In this document: piece after piece, positions 1 to 6,241 of the stretch | Layout of the letters: each line of letters starts with the position of its first letter | Position numbering within the stretch: the stretch's first letter is position 1 | NCBI GenBank assembly: GCA_038858525.1 | Contig: JAWCFL010000031.1 | Location: 1,427-14,855, forward strand | DNA length: 13,429 nt | Origin: Candidatus Jordarchaeales archaeon | GTDB taxonomy: Archaea > Asgardarchaeota > Jordiarchaeia > Jordiarchaeales > Freyrarchaeaceae | Direction of reading: 5' to 3' | Made by a program: the position numbers and the translations under genes | The notes under the pieces: generated by a model | Told to the model about the DNA's origin: nothing | The model's input: only the letters and a program-made list of their open reading frames with translations | The model's database searches: none

Positions 1-446
1 ATTGTTTCCAGCGGTATTTCTAGCTGGAGGAGTACCACGTCAGCGCTACTTATGACTTCACTTGCTTTTTCAACATCCTCCCTCGAAACTTTTAGGTCCG
101 CGCCTGGTGCAACCGCTATAGTGTTCCTTCCAGACGAGTCCACCAGTATGAAGGCGATCCCTGTGTGCGCTTCAACGTCCTCAAAAACGTAATCAGTGCG
201 TACACCGTTCAGCTTGAAGTTTTTCAGTAATGTTTTTCCGAAGTGATCTCGCCCCACCCTACTAACCATGTAGACCTCGGCGCCCAAGCGTGCAGCGGCG
301 ACAGCCTGATTTGCCCCCTTCCCTCCTGGAGCCAACTTGAATCCTTTTCCTATAACCGTTTCTCCTACGCGTGGTATGGTGTCGAGTATTATGGTAAAGT
401 CCACGTGGCTGCTCCCTACGACGACCACCCGCCCAGCTGTAGGCAC
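1..446 (-). CDS. rbsK: Ribokinase (PfkB family), 3' end runs off the window
   Basis: Not in the ORF track; translated by hand from the reverse complement. GTG at 446 is preceded by GGGGGAAG and reads (M)PTAGRVVVVGSSHVDFTIILDTIPRVGETVIGKGFKLAPGGKGANQAVAAARLGAEV...HTGIAFILVDSSGRNTIAVAPGAD...LLQLEIPLET. It contains the PfkB signature PGGKGANQAVAAARLG and the ribokinase QLEIP motif. The frame is open to position 1. Confidence 0.9.
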   Translation of the reverse strand, partial: MPTAGRVVVVGSSHVDFTIILDTIPRVGETVIGKGFKLAPGGKGANQAVAAARLGAEVYMVSRVGRDHFGKTLLKNFKLNGVRTDYVFEDVEAHTGIAFILVDSSGRNTIAVAPGADLKVSREDVEKASEVISSADVVLLQLEIPLET

Positions 447-486
447 CCTACTTCCCCCAGTCTGATGGAAGAAGTTATTAGCTTGA

Positions 487-509
487 TTTCTCATATATTT
501 TATGAGAAA
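487..509. promoter_or_regulatory. Perfect 9-bp inverted repeat in the divergent rbsK / coiled-coil promoter region (candidate operator)
   Basis: TTTCTCATA (487-495), 5-nt spacer, TATGAGAAA (501-509), inside a 77-bp AT-rich divergent intergenic gap. The repeat is seen directly; its function is inferred. Confidence 0.5.
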
Positions 510-523
510 GGGGGGCTGCTCCA

Positions 524-2503
524 TTGGGTGATGAAGTTAGGGGCTCAAGCGTCTCTTTATTATCTCCTGACTTCGTAGAGAAAAATGTTAAGGCCCTTGA
601 AGCTATTGTTGGAAACGTGAGGTCAGGGCTGGACTCGGCTATTTCTCAGAGTCTTAACGTTTTAAGGCAAAGGATTCTCGACATGAGGGAGGACGTGAGC
701 AGGGAGGTTGTTTCCAGAATAAAGATACACTTTGCCTCTGAGCTCATAAAGAACGTTTTCGTCGAGGCCGTCTCGGGCGTTGTTGATGAAATTGCGCGTA
801 ACACAATGCAAGAAGTTATGTCTGCAACCGAAGCCGAACTAGAAGTCTTCAGGGAGGCGCTGGCGCGCTTCGCTAAAGAGTTCATTGATGTTCTCAGCAG
901 AGAAGAAGCTAGGCTAATAGAGGAGATCTCTAGACTGGACGGGGAGCTCAAGGAAAGGGAACGCTTAGTTAAGGAAAGCTCAGAAGCCCTGAGGCAGAGG
1001 GAGCGCGAGCTGGAAGAGAAGAAACGTGAGCTCGAGTTCGTGAAAACCGAGTTTGAGGAGAAGCGTGCCGAGGTTGAAAAAGCTAAGAAAGAGCTTCAGG
1101 AGCTGATGCGGAGTCTCGAAATGGAGAAGGAGAAATCAGGTTACTTGTCGAGGATGCTAGACGAGTCACGCGAGGAGGTTTCACGCCTAAAGGCAGAGGA
1201 GGAAGCAATGCGGAAACGCCTCCAAAACCTCAACGCAGAAAGAGAAAACCTTGAAAAGCTACTCGAGGAGAGCAGCTCGCAGCTCAAGGAAAGAGAGGCG
1301 CTCCTAAAGGAGCGAGAACAAGCCCTAAAAAGAATCGAGGAAGAACTCGGAAAAGCCAAGCTCGAGTATGAAGCCACTCTAGCTCGACTTAGAGGAGAAC
1401 AAGAGCGTTCAAGCAAGCTGATGAGCGAGCTTGAAGTTGCCAGAAGAGAGATGGAGCGGCTGAAGGCGGAGGAGGCTGAAGCTAAGGCGAGGGTGCAGGA
1501 GGCCACCCGGCAGCTTGCTGAGCGTGAGCGTGCCTTGCAGGAGGCCACCCGGCAGCTTGCTGAGCGTGAGCGTGCCTTGCAGGAGGCCACCCGGCAGCTT
1601 GCTGAGCGTGAGCGTGCCTTGCAGGAGGCCACCCGGCAGCTTGAGGAGAAGAAGAGAGAGCTTAGCGAGAGGGAACAGGAGCTGGATCTCAGGAAGGCTG
1701 AGCTGGAGCAAGTCAGAAAGGAGCTTGACCTAGCACGCGAGGAGTTTGTCGCTCTGCGTGAGCGCCTTGAAAGAGAGCGCATGCGTGTGGCCGAGCTCGA
1801 GGGCCAGCTTGAAGGTGCTCAGAGAGAAATAAGTGTTTTCAACGAGCAAATAAGAACACTTGAGGACATGCTTAGGGAGAGGGACAGTCTGATAGCTGCT
1901 GGGGAGAGCAGGCTCAAGCTCAAGGAGAAAGAGATAGAACGCCTTCGCTCAATAATAGATGAAAAAACAAGGGATTTGGAGGTTAAGAAGGAAGAGCTGG
2001 AGTTCCACAAGAGTCTGGCGGCTGAGCTTGAAGGCGAAGTTGAATCTCTCCGCAAAGAAGTTGATGAGCTTAGGAGGCGCCCCAACGTTGACCCAGCGGT
2101 TATAGCTGAGAAGGAGAGAATGCTAAAACTCAAGGAAGAGGAGCTCCAAGGAGTGCGAAGAAATATTGAGTTACTGGAGAAGAGGATAGTTGAGGTTGAA
2201 GAGGAAATAGACGCTAGGGTTAAGGATCTTGAAACCAGAAACAAGGAGCTTGAGAAAATAAAAGAAGAGCTCGAAAGAGAGAAGAAAAAGAGGGAAGAGC
2301 AGCTGGAACGCTATAAGGGAGCAATGATGCTCGACCCAAGATTCAAAGTCTACTTCATAATAGAATCCATAAAGAAGATCTCATTCCCGAACCTCCAAAA
2401 AGCCACAGGAATAATGCCGGCAGAGCTTAAAGCAACAATCGCTTGGCTTGAACGCGCCGGCATGATTAAAATAGATGGGGAAACAATAATCTTGAACAGG
2501 TGA
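524..2503 (+). CDS. Uncharacterised 659-aa long coiled-coil protein with predicted C-terminal winged-helix domain
   Basis: TTG start 8 nt after a GGGGGG SD-like run. It has an amphipathic helical N-terminal ~120 aa and an E/K/R/L heptad-rich rod (~aa 125-598) with no Pro between aa 16 and 519. The C-terminal ~55 aa (DPRFKVYFII...ISFPNLQKATGIMPAELKATIAWLERAGMIKIDGETII) has the helix-helix-helix-beta-hairpin pattern of a wHTH. There is no Walker A/B motif and no TM segment. Confidence 0.85.
   Translation: MGDEVRGSSVSLLSPDFVEKNVKALEAIVGNVRSGLDSAISQSLNVLRQRILDMREDVSREVVSRIKIHFASELIKNVFVEAVSGVVDEIARNTMQEVMSATEAELEVFREALARFAKEFIDVLSREEARLIEEISRLDGELKERERLVKESSEALRQRERELEEKKRELEFVKTEFEEKRAEVEKAKKELQELMRSLEMEKEKSGYLSRMLDESREEVSRLKAEEEAMRKRLQNLNAERENLEKLLEESSSQLKEREALLKEREQALKRIEEELGKAKLEYEATLARLRGEQERSSKLMSELEVARREMERLKAEEAEAKARVQEATRQLAERERALQEATRQLAERERALQEATRQLAERERALQEATRQLEEKKRELSEREQELDLRKAELEQVRKELDLAREEFVALRERLERERMRVAELEGQLEGAQREISVFNEQIRTLEDMLRERDSLIAAGESRLKLKEKEIERLRSIIDEKTRDLEVKKEELEFHKSLAAELEGEVESLRKEVDELRRRPNVDPAVIAEKERMLKLKEEELQGVRRNIELLEKRIVEVEEEIDARVKDLETRNKELEKIKEELEREKKKREEQLERYKGAMMLDPRFKVYFIIESIKKISFPNLQKATGIMPAELKATIAWLERAGMIKIDGETIILNR
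1494..1643 (+). repeat. Perfect in-frame 42-bp tandem repeat, 3 full copies plus a 24-bp partial
   Basis: The unit TGCAGGAGGCCACCCGGCAGCTTGCTGAGCGTGAGCGTGCCT starts at 1494, 1536 and 1578, with a partial copy at 1620-1643. Copies are 100% identical and encode (QEATRQLAERERAL)n. Confidence 0.98.
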
Positions 2504-2515
2504 CACTAAACCTCG

Positions 2516-2560
2516 CGGAATGTTTTTTCCGTCTCCTCATAATAAACTATACTTTTTGTT
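2516..2560 (+). terminator. Possible terminator between convergent genes (short hairpin plus T tracts)
   Basis: CGGAA-TGTTTT-TTCCG (2516-2531) contains T6 at 2523-2528, and T5 follows at 2553-2557, downstream of the coiled-coil stop. Oligo-T tracts are known archaeal terminator signals. Confidence 0.4.
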
Positions 2561-2582
2561 CTCTCGAGTATCATTGTTTCAG

Positions 2583-3026
2583 CTATATTATTCTGAAGTC
2601 TTCTTTAACTACGGTCAGTACTACATGGGTATTGGTCCTTTCAACATATGGTATAGAGAGAAGTTGCTTCGTGTATTCGCTCAGCTCCTTCCTGCTTCTA
2701 AACTTGGCTATGGCGATACAGTCAACTTCTCCTGTGACGTCGTAGACTGCGCATGTCGACGGTATCTTCGCCACTTCTTTCTCGACGTCCAGTAGCTTTC
2801 CCTTTGAAACAGTGATCTCTGTTATGGCAGTTATATCGTAGCCAAGCTTTTCGTGGTCTAGTATCACTGTATAGCCCTTTATTATCCCATCTTTCTCCAT
2901 CCTTTTCGTCCTAGCTATAACGGTGGTTGTGGAGACACCGATCAACTTAGCGATCTCGCGTGAAGAGCGCCTAGCATCTTTCAAGTACTCCGAGAGAATT
3001 CGACGGTCAATCTCGTCTAGGCTCAT
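2583..3026 (-). CDS. Lrp/AsnC family transcriptional regulator (147 aa)
   Basis: N-terminal HTH MSLDEIDRRILSEYLKDARRSSREIAKLIGVSTTTVIARTKRMEKDGIIKGYTVILDHEKLG and C-terminal RAM domain with YDVTGEVD. Start moved to ATG 3026 (SD-like GGTGGT upstream); the extra 21 aa in the ORF track lie in AT-rich intergenic DNA. Confidence 0.93.
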   Translation of the reverse strand: MSLDEIDRRILSEYLKDARRSSREIAKLIGVSTTTVIARTKRMEKDGIIKGYTVILDHEKLGYDITAITEITVSKGKLLDVEKEVAKIPSTCAVYDVTGEVDCIAIAKFRSRKELSEYTKQLLSIPYVERTNTHVVLTVVKEDFRII

Positions 3027-3377
3027 AAACCTGACCACCATCACGTTGAAGTCTCCTCTAACAAAATAAATGTTTCTTAAACTAGACATATGTAATACAA
3101 TTGTTCATTTAACAGCGCACTTAAAGATCACCAATCGTATTGTAATGTGACGCTTTGCAGTAAACATGTACCTGTCAAAACTGCGTGGAAATCATCGATC
3201 AAATATACATTAAACATATGTCAAACTGAACGGTTATTATTTTTAAAAATTAAAAAACAAATGTCTAATCTAATGTCGCAAAAAAATACAATTGAATCGA
3301 AAAAATCCAAAAAAGCATATATATGTCTGAATAGAAGAGGACTTGTAAAAATTAGGAATCCGGGAATAGGTGATCAT
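3027..3377. promoter_or_regulatory. AT-rich divergent promoter region between lrp and glnA with repeated short palindromes
   Basis: 351 bp non-coding. ACATATGT occurs at 3086-3093 and 3214-3221, AATACAATTG at 3094-3103 and 3285-3294, CATATATATG at 3316-3325, and SD AGGTGAT at 3368-3374. Confidence 0.5.
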
Positions 3378-4724
3378 TTGAGTAAGAGCGTTTTAGAGGA
3401 AGCTAAGGAAAACGCCCTAAAGGCTGCAAGGAAGAATGATGTTGACCTAGTTCTTCTCGGATTCGTTGACATTCTGGGAACGCCTAAGACCTGCACGGTG
3501 CCAGCTAGAAAGTTCGAGGACGCCCTTAACGAAGGAGTTGGCTTCGACGGCTCCTCTATAGAAGGATTCGTCAGAATATATGAGAGCGACATGCGTCTCA
3601 TACCAGACCCAACATCGTTCCGCATCCTCTCAAGAGTAACCATGGACAAGAAAGTGGCAATGGTTTTCTGTAACGTTTACATGCCTGAAGGAAAACCCTT
3701 CGAGGGAGACCCCAGATACATTCTCAAGAGAAACTTAGAAGAAGCGGGTAAGATGGGCTTCTCCTACTACGTTGGACCAGAACTAGAGTTCTTCCTATTC
3801 AAGGCTGAAAATGGTGTGGTTCCCGAGCCGCAGGATCGAGGAGGATACTTCGACCTGGCTCCACTAGACCAAGCTTTTAACGTCAGAGCCGAGGCAATGC
3901 AGGCTTTACAGGAGATGGGTATAGAGGTAGAAATGGGCCACCACGAAGTATCCCCGGGGCAGCACGAAATAGACTTCAGGTATGGGGACGCCCTAAACAT
4001 AGCGGACGCCGTTATAATATACAAATTTGTCATAAAGTCCGTGGCACGGAAGCACGGGCTTTTCGCGTCATTTATGCCGAAGCCCATTTTCGGCATAAAC
4101 GGGTCAGGCATGCACGTCCACCAAAGCCTCTGGAGCGGTGGGGAAAACGCCTTCTTCAACCCGAACGACAAGTACCACCTGTCAGACGTAGCCTACCACT
4201 TCATAGGGGGACAACTCAAATATATCAAGGACATAATACTCGTACTAGCACCAACCGTAAACTCGTACAAGAGGCTCGTTCCAGGATATGAGGCGCCAGT
4301 CTATATAAGCTGGGCTAGACGCAACAGGTCAGCCCTAATACGCGTCCCCGAGTACTTCATAGGTCGAGGAAAATCAGTGAGGGCTGAGCTGAGGTGCCCC
4401 GACCCGTCATGCAACCCATACCTAGCCTTCTCAGCAATGCTAAAAGCGGGACTTGAAGGAATAAAACAAAAAATAGACCCGCCAGAACCAGTCGAAGAAG
4501 ACATATACCATTTCGACGACGCAAAGCTTAAGGAGCTCTACATAGACACGCTGCCAGGATCCTTGGGAGAAGCAATAGAGTACGCTTCGAAGAGCAAACT
4601 GCTAAGAGAAGCACTCGGAGACCACGCCTACACTAAGTACCTAGAAGCCAAGAAAAACGAATGGGAAGAATTCAGAATGACAGTCACAGAATGGGAATTA
4701 AAAAAGTACCTCCCGATACTATAA
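3378..4724 (+). CDS. glnA: Glutamine synthetase type I (GSI-alpha-like, 448 aa)
   Basis: Motifs FDGSSIEGF, ESDM, GPELEFFLF, HHEVSPGQHEIDF, FMPKPIFGINGSGMHVHQSL, NSYKRLVPGYEAP, NRSALIRVP, ELRCPDPSCNPYLA. Start reassigned to in-frame TTG 3378 behind AGGTGAT, which gives a typical GSI length. Confidence 0.97.
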   Translation: MSKSVLEEAKENALKAARKNDVDLVLLGFVDILGTPKTCTVPARKFEDALNEGVGFDGSSIEGFVRIYESDMRLIPDPTSFRILSRVTMDKKVAMVFCNVYMPEGKPFEGDPRYILKRNLEEAGKMGFSYYVGPELEFFLFKAENGVVPEPQDRGGYFDLAPLDQAFNVRAEAMQALQEMGIEVEMGHHEVSPGQHEIDFRYGDALNIADAVIIYKFVIKSVARKHGLFASFMPKPIFGINGSGMHVHQSLWSGGENAFFNPNDKYHLSDVAYHFIGGQLKYIKDIILVLAPTVNSYKRLVPGYEAPVYISWARRNRSALIRVPEYFIGRGKSVRAELRCPDPSCNPYLAFSAMLKAGLEGIKQKIDPPEPVEEDIYHFDDAKLKELYIDTLPGSLGEAIEYASKSKLLREALGDHAYTKYLEAKKNEWEEFRMTVTEWELKKYLPIL

Positions 4725-4735
4725 CTTATTTTTTT
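4725..4735 (+). terminator. Oligo-T terminator candidate after glnA
   Basis: CTTATTTTTTT lies directly after the TAA stop (T7 at 4729-4735), facing a convergent gene. Confidence 0.5.
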
Positions 4736-4755
4736 AAAATCAAATCTCCATTTAT

Positions 4756-4941
4756 CTAGTAGTCGCAGTTAAGGCATATTCTTTTCCCGCAGTATTCACA
4801 ACTTGTTGAGTGTTCGTGACAGACTGGTTGCCCGCAGTCCTCGCACAATTCGCTTGTTTTCGCTCCACAGAAGCAGCATTCGTATTCACCTTTCAGCTCT
4901 GCATGTTCTATTTCCAGCACTGTAAGCGCCTTGGCATTCAT
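4756..4941 (-). CDS. Small Cys/His-rich zinc-finger protein (61 aa, B-box-like spacing)
   Basis: ATG 4941 with GGAGG SD 7 nt upstream. Sequence MNAKALTVLEIEHAELKGEYECCFCGAKTSELCEDCGQPVCHEHSTSCEYCGKRICLNCDY has five CxxC/CxxH pairs. Confidence 0.72.
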   Translation of the reverse strand: MNAKALTVLEIEHAELKGEYECCFCGAKTSELCEDCGQPVCHEHSTSCEYCGKRICLNCDY

Positions 4942-5037
4942 TCTTCTTCCTCCGCTTCCTTCACTAGGATTTAGGTATATTTGAGGTTGCCGTTTCAAAA
5001 GAAACTTTTTAGCCTAATTAATGCTTCAAATATAACA

Positions 5038-5964
5038 TCAGCTTTGAGCAGGCGGCTTCTCTTTTTCATCAGCCGCTTCTTTTCTGCCTGTCAGGGCCTC
5101 TATCATCCTGTACATCTTTTGGTACGCACGCCCGGATTCCTCGTCTTTTAGCGTCCACTCTCGCGCCTTAAGGAACTGTTTGACGAATTCATTTTTGTCT
5201 CCGGAGAGCACCGCTCCGGATAACCTCTTGAAAAGCTCTTCTCCCCTTCTGAGCGTTTCTTTGAACTTTTCGTTTTCCATTTGGATCTCGGCGTAGACGT
5301 CAGGGCTCTCCTGCAGGACGCTTTCAGAAATTGTGAGCTGGAGGCTGAAGGTTGTTCCTGAGAACTTTCTGACAAATTCAGGTTTTTCGCCTGACTCTGA
5401 GAGGAGAAGGGCGAAGAATATGTTGACGAAGTGAGGGAGCGCTAGGGTTAACGCGACCATCCTGTCGTGTGTTTCGGCATCGGAGAACATCACGTTCGCT
5501 CCGTCCTCAGCGAAGTAGTCTGCCAGCCACTTCGCGGCATCCTCATGTCCCCTTACCGGTATCACCACAATTTTCTGGCCCTTGATTCCCCTCGCCCCCG
5601 GGCCGAACATGGGATGTACACTGGCAGTCCTGTAACCGTTTTTGTCCCCCTCAACTCTCAGCACCTCCGGTATTACCCCCTTCACCGACGCCACATCAAA
5701 AAGTATCGCTCCCTTCTTTACGTAGGGTGAAACCTTCTTAACCGTTTCAGGCACTACGCTTATGGGAACTGAAACCATGACCATATCAGCGTCATTAACA
5801 GCTTCCTCGGCCTCCAACTTGTACTCTGCACCTACATCCTCAGCCACCTTGACAAGCCTTTCAACGGTTCGAGCCCAGATGACGACCCTGCACCCCTTCT
5901 CCTTAAAATACCTTGCAAACCAGGCCCCCATCCTTCCCGTTCCACCAAGAATGGTAACCTTCAA
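5038..5964 (-). CDS. tyrA: Prephenate/arogenate dehydrogenase
   Basis: Rossmann motif VTILGGTGRMG, DVASVKG, catalytic HPMFGP, HDRMVA. The TTG start overlaps the chorismate mutase stop (TTGA). Confidence 0.93.
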   Translation of the reverse strand: MKVTILGGTGRMGAWFARYFKEKGCRVVIWARTVERLVKVAEDVGAEYKLEAEEAVNDADMVMVSVPISVVPETVKKVSPYVKKGAILFDVASVKGVIPEVLRVEGDKNGYRTASVHPMFGPGARGIKGQKIVVIPVRGHEDAAKWLADYFAEDGANVMFSDAETHDRMVALTLALPHFVNIFFALLLSESGEKPEFVRKFSGTTFSLQLTISESVLQESPDVYAEIQMENEKFKETLRRGEELFKRLSGAVLSGDKNEFVKQFLKAREWTLKDEESGRAYQKMYRMIEALTGRKEAADEKEKPPAQS

Positions 5965-6239
5965 CCATCCACTCCCCTAGACTGAACGCTGACCGAATAC
6001 TCTATGAGCATCCTAGTCAACCTCTCGCAAAAGTCAGGGTCCAGCCCCATATCCTCTCCCTCCCTTCTAATCCTTGAGATGAGCTCCCTCTCAACCTCCG
6101 GGCTCCTAATAGGAATCCCCCTCCTCCTTTTCACTCTTCCAAGCTCCTCGACGAGCTCAACCCTCCTCTTAACGGCTTTCAAAACGTCGATTGTCGCCTC
6201 CAGTATTTTTCTTCTCAGCTCCTCAATTTCATCTGCCAC
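5961..6239 (-). CDS. aroQ: Monofunctional AroQ-type (type II) chorismate mutase
   Basis: 92 aa, all-helical, colinear with the E. coli PheA CM domain: R9/R26/K37/E50/S82/Q86 correspond to R11/R28/K39/E52/S84/Q88. GTG start with GGAGGG SD, located between aroC and tyrA. Confidence 0.85.
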   Translation of the reverse strand: MADEIEELRRKILEATIDVLKAVKRRVELVEELGRVKRRRGIPIRSPEVERELISRIRREGEDMGLDPDFCERLTRMLIEYSVSVQSRGVDG

Positions 6240-6241
6240 CT

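Noticed and set aside
243-578. 111-aa + strand ORF and other short ORFs around 2500-2795
   Set aside because: They are antisense to rbsK or lrp, which carry clear family motifs, and have no recognisable features.
1494-1643. 42-bp repeats as a CRISPR array
   Set aside because: The units are contiguous with no spacers, lie in frame inside a CDS, and have no leader or cas genes nearby.
646-2244. Minus-strand Ser/Leu-rich ORFs (646-951, 1141-1782, 1409-1711, 1819-2244) and + ORF 1515-1733
   Set aside because: These are shadows of the GAG/AAG/AGG-rich coiled-coil gene, and their repeats merely mirror the 42-bp unit.
524-2503. Calling the coiled-coil protein SMC/Rad50/Sph
   Set aside because: It has no N-terminal Walker A, no C-terminal signature or Walker B motif, no CxxC hook and no globular hinge. 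Such a call would rest only on coiled-coil composition.
2516-2531. CGGAA-N6-TTCCG matching the NrpR operator consensus about 850 bp from glnA
   Set aside because: It sits between two converging stop codons rather than in a promoter and is better explained as a terminator hairpin. It would be worth revisiting only if an antisense TSS maps nearby.
3147-3377. 77-aa N-terminal extension of GlnA in the ORF track
   Set aside because: It lies in AT-rich promoter-like DNA. TTG 3378 has an ideal AGGTGAT SD and gives a normal GSI length.
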